Of a DNA stretch of 64,000 nt, positions 10,272-20,484 are shown one piece after another. The notes beneath the pieces are model-generated. The model was not told where the DNA came from, did no database searches, and worked only from the letters and a program-made list of their open reading frames with translations. Origin of the DNA: Thermoanaerobaculia bacterium (GTDB lineage: Bacteria; Acidobacteriota; Thermoanaerobaculia; Multivoradales; UBA5704); contig JBGAGQ010000009.1 in NCBI GenBank assembly GCA_044226625.1, positions 1 through 64,000 on the forward strand, in the 5' to 3' direction. Every line of letters starts with the position of its first letter. Positions within the stretch are counted from its first letter, which is position 1. Position numbers and translations under genes: made by a program.

Positions 10272-11005
10272 CGCTCCCCTCCCGGGGTACCCGTCGGGGC
10301 ACCTCCCAAAGAAGTCGGCCCACCGCCCGGCACCGGCGAGGCGGACGGAAGCACCCCCGTCGAGTTCTGGGCCGCGACCTCCGGCAGGTAGTCGACGTCG
10401 AGCTGGAAGCTGATCACGCCCGGCTCGTCTTCCTGCTGGCTCCTCGGGTTCGGGTCGGCGAACTCGGGCCGGGCGAACAGGTGGTCGACGAACTCGAGCA
10501 TCGCCGCCGTGGACTTCGCCTGGCCGTCGATCTCGAGCGGGATCCGCTCCTCGCCGTTTGGACCCAGTTTGGCCGCGGGGGCGCTCGAACGCCCTCGGCC
10601 CTTGAGCTCGCCGCGGTGCGGGGTGAGCGAGACCAGCCGGACGTCGGCCGGCAGCTCCCGGGCCAGGCGGTCGAGGAGGACGCTCCAGGAGAAGGTCCGC
10701 TCGGCGATCCGCCGGTTCAGGAATTCGACCTGCAGGTTCTGGCGATCGAGGTCGAAGCTCGCGAGCTGGCGGGAGATGTCGCCGATCCGCCGCTCGACCT
10801 GTTCGCGTTGCGCGCTCACCCGGTCGCGCTCGGCCCGTTTAGCCTCCGACTGTTCCAGGTAGCGCCAATAGCTGAGGACGTTCAAAACCAACAATAGGGC
10901 TCCGAGGAGTCCCATGAGGACGGAAACCCGCACCACCGGGCGGCCATTGGCGAACGGCCGGCGGGCGAGGTTCAGGGGCTCGGCGGTGTGGTGCGGGACG
11001 CTCAC
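10268..11005 (-). CDS. pilN: PilN-like protein
   Basis: GTG at 11005 overlaps the pilM stop (GTGA); LNLARRPF, TM, coiled coil, WSVLLDRLARELPADVRLVSL motif. Confidence 0.8.
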   Translation of the reverse strand: MSVPHHTAEPLNLARRPFANGRPVVRVSVLMGLLGALLLVLNVLSYWRYLEQSEAKRAERDRVSAQREQVERRIGDISRQLASFDLDRQNLQVEFLNRRIAERTFSWSVLLDRLARELPADVRLVSLTPHRGELKGRGRSSAPAAKLGPNGEERIPLEIDGQAKSTAAMLEFVDHLFARPEFADPNPRSQQEDEPGVISFQLDVDYLPEVAAQNSTGVLPSASPVPGGGPTSLGGAPTGTPGGER

Positions 11006-12006
11006 GAGACCTCCATGCGGACCGCACCGAGCAGCGGCGCGAGCTCCCGCCAGGGGGCCGTCGTCTCTTCCGCCCGGACCGGCGGCAGCTGGCGGCCATC
11101 GAGCGGCGTCGCGCGCAAGCCCAATCCCTGGTCGATCAGGTCGACCCAGAGCGGCTCGAGCTCGGCCGGCGCCACCAGCACGACCTGACCGTGCGTCTCG
11201 CCCGGATAGTGCTCGTCGAGGAAGTTGCGGGTGAGGCGCAGATCGCGCTCGACCAGCCCCGAGCGCGCGTCGTCGGGGAGCGAGGTGGCGAACGCCTTGA
11301 ACCGGTGGAGGATCGCCTCGCCGCCGCGCCGGAAGACCAACGTGTAGGAGCCGGACTCCGCCAGCACGAGGCCGGCCAGCTCCGACCGGTCGGCGGCGAC
11401 CGCGGCGGGTCCGTCGATCGCCGAGGCGAGCGCCAGGCTCGAATTGGTGACCAGCCCGATCCGGACCCCCGCCGAGGCGAAGGCGTCCTCGAGCTGGGCG
11501 AGGAGCGCCTCGACCGCGAATCCGAGCAGCAGGCGGCGCGGCTCCTCCTGGCCCGAGAGCGGCATCACCTCGGTCGCGCTCAGCCGCAACTCGTCGACCC
11601 GGAAGGGCACCAGGCGGCGCAGCTTCCAGCGCAGGATCTCGTCGATCGCGGCGCCGTTGCGCGGCAGGTCGCCGGATTCGGTGAAGACGACGCGGAGCCA
11701 GCCGTCGGGGATGACCAGGCTCGCCGCCTTGACCGCGACGCCGCCTTCTTTGAGCGTCTTGACCAGGCTCCGCACCTTCTCGCCGAAGGCGCGCGGGTCG
11801 CGCAGCGGGCCGCCGAGCGGGCCGGAAAGGAACGTATCCGGAGCGAGCGGCACCTGGCGATAGGACCGAAAGCGATAGGTATCGCCCTGGCGCGGCAGAT
11901 GCGCATACCGGAGGCGCTCGCCGTCGAGCGCGAAAACGTGCGGCGGCACCGACATCGGACTGAAGCCGAGAAGGCGCCGCCAAAGGGGGATCGAGGTTTC
12001 GCCCAT
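11002..12006 (-). CDS. pilM: PilM/GspL-like cytoplasmic actin-fold protein
   Basis: SLVIPD..LRV and ILRWKLRRLVPF motifs; position between ATPase and pilN. Confidence 0.75.
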   Translation of the reverse strand: MGETSIPLWRRLLGFSPMSVPPHVFALDGERLRYAHLPRQGDTYRFRSYRQVPLAPDTFLSGPLGGPLRDPRAFGEKVRSLVKTLKEGGVAVKAASLVIPDGWLRVVFTESGDLPRNGAAIDEILRWKLRRLVPFRVDELRLSATEVMPLSGQEEPRRLLLGFAVEALLAQLEDAFASAGVRIGLVTNSSLALASAIDGPAAVAADRSELAGLVLAESGSYTLVFRRGGEAILHRFKAFATSLPDDARSGLVERDLRLTRNFLDEHYPGETHGQVVLVAPAELEPLWVDLIDQGLGLRATPLDGRQLPPVRAEETTAPWRELAPLLGAVRMEVS

Positions 12007-12045
12007 GCCTGTCGCTTTTCTACCCTTGGATCGGCCGTCGGACGA

Positions 12046-13704
<1,659 letters not shown>

Positions 13705-13769
13705 TCCTTCACCTCGAACCTAAGAAACGCGGCAGAGCGGCGTCTCGTCCAAGCCGGCCGTCCATACGC

Positions 13770-15014
13770 TTAGAACTTGGCCTGGCCGAGCGAGCTGAAC
13801 ATGGGCAGATAGATCGAGACCAGGAGCAGGCCGATGATGATGCCCATGAAGACCAGCATCATCGGCTCGACCAGGGAGAGCAGGCGCTGCATCCGCACCT
13901 CGACCTGCTCGTCGAGGAAATCGGACACCGAGGAGAGCATGTCGTCGAGCGCGCCGGTCGCCTCGCCGACTTTCACCATGTCGATCGACATCTCGGTGAA
14001 CACCCCGGTGTCTTCGAGCGCGGAATAGAACGGACGCCCTTCGCGCACCATCTGGATCCGCGGTTCGATCTTCTGGCGGATCGCGGCGTTCGACACGCTC
14101 GCCGTCGCGATCTCGAGCGCCGGCACGAGCGGAATGCCGCCGGTGAGCAGGGTCGAGAGAGAGCGGCAGAACTCCGAGAGCGCGAAGCGGTGGAAGACCG
14201 CCCCGACCAACGGGATGCGCAGCCGCCAGCCGTCGACCCGGATCCGGCCCGCCGGGGTCTCGTTATACCGGCGCAGAGCGATCACGCCCGCGACCAGCGC
14301 CAGGACGATCCACGCCCAGTTCCAGAGGTAGAGGGTGCGCTCGTTCAGAAAATGCGAGAGGCCGAGGGTGATTCGGGTGATCAGCGGCAGCTCGACTTCC
14401 ATGTCGGCGAAGAACACCTCGAACTTCGGCACGACGTAGACCGCCATGACCGCGATCATCGCGATCGACAGGCAGATCAGGACCACCGGATAGACCAGCG
14501 CCGAGACGACCCGCTTGCGCGCGTCGAGCACCAGCTTCAGATAGCGGACGAAGCGGCGGATGACCTGCTCGAGCTCGCCGCTCCGCTCGCCCGCCTTGAG
14601 CGCCGAGGGGTAGAGCCGGGGGAACATGTCGCCGTGGATGGCGAACGCGTCGGACAGCTCCTGGCCGCTCTTCACCCGGTCGCGGATGTCGCTCAGAACC
14701 TCTTTGAACGTCGGGTTCTGCATCCGTTCGAGCATCAGGTCGAGCGCCTGGAGCAGCGGCAGACCCGCCTTGAGCAGCGCGGCGAGCTCCTGGTTCCAAA
14801 TCAGGAACTCCGGCGTCGCGATCTTCTTCCGCCGCCCCAGCCGCGCGCCGATTCCGCGCGTGCCGGCGCTCGCCGGCAGGCCGCGCCGGCGTGCCTCGAA
14901 GAGGTGCAGCCCGCGCTTGGTGATCTCGGCGCGCAGCGCGGACTCGTCGCTCGCCACCACGATTTCTTCGACGACCCGGCCGTCCGGCGTCCCGACCCGA
15001 CAGACGAACTGCAT
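13770..15014 (-). CDS. gspF: GspF/PilC inner-membrane platform protein
   Basis: LKAGLPLLQAL, AGERSGEL, ALVYP, VGEATGALDDML and LVEP motifs. Confidence 0.95.
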   Translation of the reverse strand: MQFVCRVGTPDGRVVEEIVVASDESALRAEITKRGLHLFEARRRGLPASAGTRGIGARLGRRKKIATPEFLIWNQELAALLKAGLPLLQALDLMLERMQNPTFKEVLSDIRDRVKSGQELSDAFAIHGDMFPRLYPSALKAGERSGELEQVIRRFVRYLKLVLDARKRVVSALVYPVVLICLSIAMIAVMAVYVVPKFEVFFADMEVELPLITRITLGLSHFLNERTLYLWNWAWIVLALVAGVIALRRYNETPAGRIRVDGWRLRIPLVGAVFHRFALSEFCRSLSTLLTGGIPLVPALEIATASVSNAAIRQKIEPRIQMVREGRPFYSALEDTGVFTEMSIDMVKVGEATGALDDMLSSVSDFLDEQVEVRMQRLLSLVEPMMLVFMGIIIGLLLVSIYLPMFSSLGQAKF

Positions 15015-15018
15015 TGGC

Positions 15019-15771
15019 CTAAGGCTCCCGGTAGCGGACCGTCAAGACGATCATCAGCGCCTCGCGGCTCTCCTCGCTCTTGGCGAGCGCGAGGCTGACG
15101 TTCTGGTCCATGGCGAGGTTCAGGTTGGTGAAGATGAGCGGCTTGGGCTTGGCGGCGGGCCCGGCGCCGCCGCGACCGGAGCGGCGCACCAGGAACTCCG
15201 CGAGGCGGATGCTCCGGTCGGCGTGCACCGTGCCGACCTTGAAGCTCACCTGGAAATCCGTGCCGAGGTCGTAGGCGACCGCCTCCCCCTCCGAGGTTGC
15301 GAGGTCTGCGCGCGCCGCGAGGTCGTAGATCTCGTAGGGCAGGATGCTGCGGAGCCGCCGGGTCAGGTCGGGCGGAAGGTCCGAGTGGGCGACCGGCGGC
15401 GACATCACCGCCCGGCTCGCCTTGACGATCATCACCTCGACCGACAGCGGCCGCACCGGATGGTCGAGCTCGCGCAGGAGCGGCAGGATCCGCGCGATCG
15501 CCGCCCGCGTATCGCGGATCGCGATCGTGTTGCCGGCGGGCTGAAGCTCGACCGTGCCGCGCTCGGAGAGCAGCGGGTGCACGAGCGCGAGCGCCTCGCT
15601 CGCCGGCTGGTGGACGAAGGTGTAGGCGTGGAGGCTCAATCCTGACGGCGCGGTCGCCGGACGCCGTGGCGCCGGTTGCGCGGAGGCGGGGCTCACGCCC
15701 ACGGCCGCCGCTGCGAGCGGCAGAGCGACGGCCCAGAGCAGGCCCGCGACGGCGCGGCGACGGAGAGTCAT
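15019..15771 (-). CDS. Exported protein with a single secretin N (NolW-like) domain
   Basis: Signal peptide MTLRRRAVAG...ASA; YTFVHQPASEALALVHPLLS..G.V......NTIAIRD....IARI..LLRELD.P resembles a secretin N3 repeat. Confidence 0.65.
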   Translation of the reverse strand: MTLRRRAVAGLLWAVALPLAAAAVGVSPASAQPAPRRPATAPSGLSLHAYTFVHQPASEALALVHPLLSERGTVELQPAGNTIAIRDTRAAIARILPLLRELDHPVRPLSVEVMIVKASRAVMSPPVAHSDLPPDLTRRLRSILPYEIYDLAARADLATSEGEAVAYDLGTDFQVSFKVGTVHADRSIRLAEFLVRRSGRGGAGPAAKPKPLIFTNLNLAMDQNVSLALAKSEESREALMIVLTVRYREP

Positions 15772-15835
15772 GGAGGAAACTTTAGACCGATCTCGAAATT
15801 TTACTGGAAGTCCCGCCCCCTCGTTCGAGGAGGGA

Positions 15836-16423
15836 TCAAACATCCAGCTTCTCGTCGACGATCATGACTACCGAGAGTCGTTCGCCGTCGAGCTGGTAGA
15901 TGCGGGCGTTCGGCCGACCGAGGTCTTCGACCGCCGACTCGATCGCCGCGGGCTCCACTCCCAGGCGGGCGTGGCTCGCCTGGAAACCGCCCGCCGACGC
16001 GGACGCCTCGATGCGCGCCGATCGCAAGGGGCCCTGGCCGGGCGCCGGCAGCTCGCCCGGTCGACCGAGGAAGAGGGTGGTCGCCGCGAGCCCCGCGGCG
16101 ATGCCCCACCGCGCCCAACGGGCCGCCCCGCCGCGGCCCCGGGAGGTCCGCAGCCCGAAAGAGCCCGTCGCGCGCCCCATCACGCGCTCGGAAGCACGCA
16201 TGCCGGCCACCGCCAGCATCATCCGCTCCGCCTCGACGTCAAAATCGAGGCTCGGAGCTGGCAAGCGGCGGAAGACCAGGGTCGGATCGATGGCGCACGC
16301 CTCACGCCGACAAATGGGGCAGCCGTCGAAATGAGCCAGGGCCTCGCCCCAACCCTCGGGCTCGGCGGTCGGCCGGTCGAAGCGGTCGGCAAGCAACTCG
16401 CGCCAATTCGGGCACGCGCTCAC
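15836..16423 (-). CDS. Putative zinc-binding (zf-HC2/ZAS) anti-sigma factor
   Basis: GTG at 16423 overlaps the sigma stop; HFDGCPIC (HxxxCxxC) motif then a TM segment. Confidence 0.75.
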   Translation of the reverse strand: MSACPNWRELLADRFDRPTAEPEGWGEALAHFDGCPICRREACAIDPTLVFRRLPAPSLDFDVEAERMMLAVAGMRASERVMGRATGSFGLRTSRGRGGAARWARWGIAAGLAATTLFLGRPGELPAPGQGPLRSARIEASASAGGFQASHARLGVEPAAIESAVEDLGRPNARIYQLDGERLSVVMIVDEKLDV

Positions 16424-17100
16424 GCGGTCACCTCTTCGCCCGCCTCCGGCGCGTAGCGCGAGGCGTATTCCGGATAGCGCGAAAGAAGCGTCTTCTTGAG
16501 CAGCTTCCGGGCGTTGAAGAGGTGGTTGCGAACGGTCGACTCGCGGCAGTCGAGGATCTCGGCGACCTCTTGCGAGGAGAGCCCCTCCACCTCGCGCAGA
16601 AGGAACGCCATCCGCTGTTTCTCGGTCAGCTCGCCCGACAGCTCCTTGAAGATCCCGGCGACCTCGGTCTGCTGCAGGCGCGAGATGTCCTTCTGGGAGC
16701 TCCAATCGGCCACCTGGCGGAGGTGCTGGCGGACCGGCTCGGTGCTCTTTTCCCGGCTCTTCCGGGAGCGCAGGTGGTCGATCGCGAGGTTCGAGGCGAT
16801 CCGATAGATCCAGGTGTTCGGGCTCCACCGGTCGTCGAACTTCAACCGGTTCTCCCAGACCCGGAAGAAGGTGACCTGCACGACGTCGCGCGCCTCCTCG
16901 AGGTCGCCGAGGATGCGCTGGGTCAACTGGAGCAGCGGCTTGGTCTTGCGGCCGATCAGCTCCGACAGGGCCGACTCGTCCCCGGCGCGGAGGCCGAGGA
17001 GGAGATCCCGGTCGGTCGCTTCGGACCAACGCGGAGCGACCCGGGGGGAGGGGTTGGAGTGGACGAGCCTAAGCATCGTGGGTTCATACGGAGGCGCCAT
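16420..17100 (-). CDS. ECF RNA polymerase sigma factor
   Basis: EARDVVQVTF, WIYRIASNLAIDHLR (sigma2); LREVEGLSSQEVAEIL....STVRNHLFNAR (sigma4). Confidence 0.95.
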   Translation of the reverse strand: MAPPYEPTMLRLVHSNPSPRVAPRWSEATDRDLLLGLRAGDESALSELIGRKTKPLLQLTQRILGDLEEARDVVQVTFFRVWENRLKFDDRWSPNTWIYRIASNLAIDHLRSRKSREKSTEPVRQHLRQVADWSSQKDISRLQQTEVAGIFKELSGELTEKQRMAFLLREVEGLSSQEVAEILDCRESTVRNHLFNARKLLKKTLLSRYPEYASRYAPEAGEEVTA

Positions 17101-17155
17101 CGCCCGTGTCTAAGGGGAGCGGCCTCCAGGAACGGGTGATTATACTCCCCGCCGC

Positions 17156-18457
17156 ATGCGCTCCCCGAGGTGGTGGCTCTACCAGGCGGCGATGGGTCTC
17201 GCCCTCTTCGTCGCCGGTCCGTTCTTGCTCCTGCGCAGGGGGAAGCACTACGGGCCGACGCTGCTCGGCCGCTTGGGCGGACCGAGCGGAGGGGCTCCCC
17301 CGGCGGCCGGCGCCGGCGGCCTGTGGATCCACGCGGTCTCGGTCGGGGAGGTGGGGGTCGCGGCGACGCTCGCGAAGGCTCTGCCGGACGGTCCGGCGCT
17401 CACCGTGACCACGATCACCCCGACCGGCCAGGAGCGCGCACGGGTCGCCTTCTCCGGCCGGGCGGCGGTCGCCTACCTGCCCTTCGACCTCGGGTTCGCG
17501 GTCGACCGCTTTTATGCCCGCCATTTCGGGGGAGGGCCGCCGCGCGCCTTGGTGCTGATCGAGGGGGACTACTGGCCCCTTTTGTTGGCCGAGGCGAAAC
17601 GGCGCGGCTTCCCCGTGGTGGTGACGAACGGCCGGGTGGGCGACAAAGGGTATCGCCGCATGCGCCGGGTGGCTCCCCTGGCCCGCCGGCTGCTTGGAGC
17701 GGTCGACCGTTTCGGCGTCCAGTCGGAGACCGACCGCGAGCGCCTGATCGGTCTCGGAGTAGCCGCCGACCGGATCGTCGTCACCGGCAACCTCAAATAC
17801 GACACCCCGGAACCGCCGATCCTTCCCCAGCTCGAGAGCGCCGTCTCCCGGCTCGCAGCGGGGCGGAGCGTGCTGGTCGCCGGCTCGACCATGGCCGGCG
17901 AGGAGGACGCGGTGATCGAGGCGGTCACCGATCTCTCCTCTCGCGCCCTGCTGGTGCTCGCGCCGCGACACCCCGAGCGATGGCCCGAGGTGGCGGCCCG
18001 CCTCGAACGGGCGGGGGTCGCCTTCGTGCGGCGCAGCGCTCTCGCCGCTCCGCCGTCCGACGCCGAGCGTCCCCAAATCCTGCTCCTCGACAGCCTGGGA
18101 GAGCTCGCGAGCCTCTACCACGTCGCGGCGGGCGCTTTCATCGGCGGCACCCTGGTCCCCACCGGCGGGCACAATCCGCTCGAAGCCGCCCGCTTCGGGG
18201 TACCCGTGGCGGTCGGCCCCTCGATGCACAACTTCGCCGAGATGGCGGCCCGGTTCGACGCCGCCGACGCCTGGCTGCGGGTCGGCGGAGCGGCCGAGCT
18301 CGGCAAGGCGTTCCGGGCCTGGCTCGACGATCCCGAGGCGGCGCGAGCGATGGGGGCGCGCGGCGCCCGGCTGATCGAGGAGAATCGTGGAGCGGTCGAG
18401 CGGACGCTCGACCTGATCCGGCCTTTTCTAGCGAGCCCCTCCCGAACCACGACCTGA
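17156..18457 (+). CDS. waaA: 3-deoxy-D-manno-octulosonic-acid (Kdo) transferase
   Basis: WIHAVSVGE, YLPFD, TGNLKYD, AGST, LAPRHPER and GGHNPLEAA motifs. Confidence 0.96.
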   Translation: MRSPRWWLYQAAMGLALFVAGPFLLLRRGKHYGPTLLGRLGGPSGGAPPAAGAGGLWIHAVSVGEVGVAATLAKALPDGPALTVTTITPTGQERARVAFSGRAAVAYLPFDLGFAVDRFYARHFGGGPPRALVLIEGDYWPLLLAEAKRRGFPVVVTNGRVGDKGYRRMRRVAPLARRLLGAVDRFGVQSETDRERLIGLGVAADRIVVTGNLKYDTPEPPILPQLESAVSRLAAGRSVLVAGSTMAGEEDAVIEAVTDLSSRALLVLAPRHPERWPEVAARLERAGVAFVRRSALAAPPSDAERPQILLLDSLGELASLYHVAAGAFIGGTLVPTGGHNPLEAARFGVPVAVGPSMHNFAEMAARFDAADAWLRVGGAAELGKAFRAWLDDPEAARAMGARGARLIEENRGAVERTLDLIRPFLASPSRTTT

Positions 18458-18466
18458 CCTTTATCC

Positions 18467-19549
18467 ATGCGCCTGCCGATCCCGACCCCTCCCACCTCGC
18501 TCTGGCAACGCGTTTACGGCGCCGCCCATCGCCTGCGCGGACGTTGGTGGACCGAGCGCGCCGGACGCCTCCCCCGGCCCGTGGTGAGCATCGGCAATCT
18601 TCACTTCGGTGGCTCGGGCAAGACCCCGCTCACCGCGGCGCTCGCGGCGCACTGTCGCGACCAAGGGCGGCGGGTTTGCATCCTTTCCCGCGGATACGCG
18701 AGCCAAGGGCGCGGCGTGCGCATCGTGAGCGACGGCGGGGGACCGCTGCTCTCGCCTCGGGTCGCCGGGGACGAGCCGGTCCTGCTCGCCGCCGAGCTGC
18801 TCGGGGTGGCCGTGGTGGTCGGCCCCGACCGGCTGCACGCGGGCCTTCAGGCGCTCCACCGTCTCGCCGCGCCGCCCGACTTGTTCCTGCTCGACGACGG
18901 TTTCTCCCACCTCGCGCTACGCCGCGACCTGGACCTGCTGGCGTTTCCCGCCGCCGATCCGTTCGCGGGGGGGCGGCTGCTTCCGAGCGGACGGCTGCGC
19001 GAGCCGCTCTCGGCCTCCGCGCGTGCCGACGCCGTGGTGCTCACGGGAGCGCCGGAGCCCACCGCGGGCGTGGGAGAACAGCTCGCCCAGGCCCTTCGCC
19101 CGTACGGTTTTTCGGGTCCCGGCTTCGCGAGCCGCACGCTCCCTGGAGCCCCCCGGTTCGCGGACGGACGGATCCTCCCTCCGGGCGCCCGGGTTTTCCT
19201 GGTCTCCGGCGTCGCCCGCCCCGAGGTGTTCGCCGAGACGGCGTGCTCGCTCGGCTACGAGATTCGCGGCGAGCTCCGGTTCGGCGACCATTTCGCCTAC
19301 CCCGACGCGGCGCTGCCGAAGATCGAGAAGGCGTTCGCCGAAAGCGGAGCCGAAGCGGTGCTCGCGACCACCAAGGACGGCGTGAAGCTCGCCGGCCGGC
19401 TCTCCATACCGCTGGCCGAGCTGCCCGTTCGCGCCGAGCCCGATTCCGCGTTCTGGTCCTGGCTCGACGAGGCGCTCGCCCGCGCCGAGTCGCGCCGAAA
19501 GAACCCGGAGAGCGCGAGCGCCGGCTCGCCTCCCGAGGCGGAATCGTGA
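18467..19549 (+). CDS. lpxK: Tetraacyldisaccharide 4'-kinase
   Basis: SIGNLHFGGSGKTP, SRGY, GDEP, LDDGFSH, LLPSGRLRE, DH and TTKD motifs. Confidence 0.96.
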   Translation: MRLPIPTPPTSLWQRVYGAAHRLRGRWWTERAGRLPRPVVSIGNLHFGGSGKTPLTAALAAHCRDQGRRVCILSRGYASQGRGVRIVSDGGGPLLSPRVAGDEPVLLAAELLGVAVVVGPDRLHAGLQALHRLAAPPDLFLLDDGFSHLALRRDLDLLAFPAADPFAGGRLLPSGRLREPLSASARADAVVLTGAPEPTAGVGEQLAQALRPYGFSGPGFASRTLPGAPRFADGRILPPGARVFLVSGVARPEVFAETACSLGYEIRGELRFGDHFAYPDAALPKIEKAFAESGAEAVLATTKDGVKLAGRLSIPLAELPVRAEPDSAFWSWLDEALARAESRRKNPESASAGSPPEAES

Positions 19550-20484
19550 AGAACTCACCCGTTCGCCATCGGATCGAGCAGGCGGCTTTCCTCGCCATCC
19601 GCTCGATGCTGCGCGTCCTACCCCACGAAGCCGCGCGCCCGATCGGACGAGCGATCGGAGGCCTGGCGGGCCGGATCGACCGCCGCCATCGGAAGATCGC
19701 CGAGAAGAACCTCGGCATCGCGTTCCCCGAGCTGCCGCCCGCCGAGCGCCGGCGCCTCGTCGGCGACTCCTTCCGGCACCTCGGGGGGGCGGTCTGCGAC
19801 GCGATCTCGGCGGACCGTTTCCGGCTCGATCAGCTCTGCGAGCGTTTCTCCTACGAGGGTTGGGAGCACCTGGACGCGGCGGAGCGGGCCGGCAAAGGGG
19901 TGTTCATCCTCGGCTCTCACCTCGGCTACTGGGAGTTTTCGGCGCGGCCGATCGGCCTCTACCGGGGCACGATCCACACGGTCGCGAGACCCGCCGACAA
20001 TCCCTACCTAGAGCGCGAGCTCCGGCGCATCCGCGAGCGGTTCGGCTACGCCGTGATCCACAAGCGGGGAGCCGCCCGGCGCATGATCCAGGTCCTCCGC
20101 GCGGGGGAGCGGGTCGGCATCCTGATCGACCAGCGGGTCCAGCCCCAGGAGGCGATCGTGGTGCCGTTCTTCGGCCAGCCGGCGCTCACCAGTCCGGTCG
20201 TCGCCCGCCTCTCGCTCCGAACCGGCGCGGCGGTCCTGCCGATCTTCGCCTACCCCCAGGACGGCGGCCGCTACCGCTTCGTCGCGCGAGAGCCGATCTT
20301 TCCCGAGGGCGAAGGGGACGAGGCGATCGCCGACCTCACCCGCCGCTACCTCGCCGTCACCGAGCGCGAGATTCGCGAGCACCCGGCCGAATGGCTCTGG
20401 ATGCACGACCGCTGGAGGATGCCGAAGGGGGGGCTCCCCACGGCCCCCGCCGACGTCAAGCTCGCGGAAGTGAGCCAGGAGTGA
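19546..20484 (+). CDS. lpxL: Lipid A late acyltransferase (LpxL/HtrB family)
   Basis: GTG at 19546 overlaps the lpxK stop; HLGYWE, LIDQ, VPFFG and IREHPAEWLWMHDRW motifs. Confidence 0.92.
   Translation: MKNSPVRHRIEQAAFLAIRSMLRVLPHEAARPIGRAIGGLAGRIDRRHRKIAEKNLGIAFPELPPAERRRLVGDSFRHLGGAVCDAISADRFRLDQLCERFSYEGWEHLDAAERAGKGVFILGSHLGYWEFSARPIGLYRGTIHTVARPADNPYLERELRRIRERFGYAVIHKRGAARRMIQVLRAGERVGILIDQRVQPQEAIVVPFFGQPALTSPVVARLSLRTGAAVLPIFAYPQDGGRYRFVAREPIFPEGEGDEAIADLTRRYLAVTEREIREHPAEWLWMHDRWRMPKGGLPTAPADVKLAEVSQE

Noticed and set aside
17170-19545. Apparent long N-terminal extensions in the ORF track (lpxL from 17170, pilN from 11983, tamA from 22536, tamB from 23750, kinase 3 from 40993)
   Set aside because: Stop-free alternate frames of upstream genes; true starts are supported by 4-bp overlaps or RBS.
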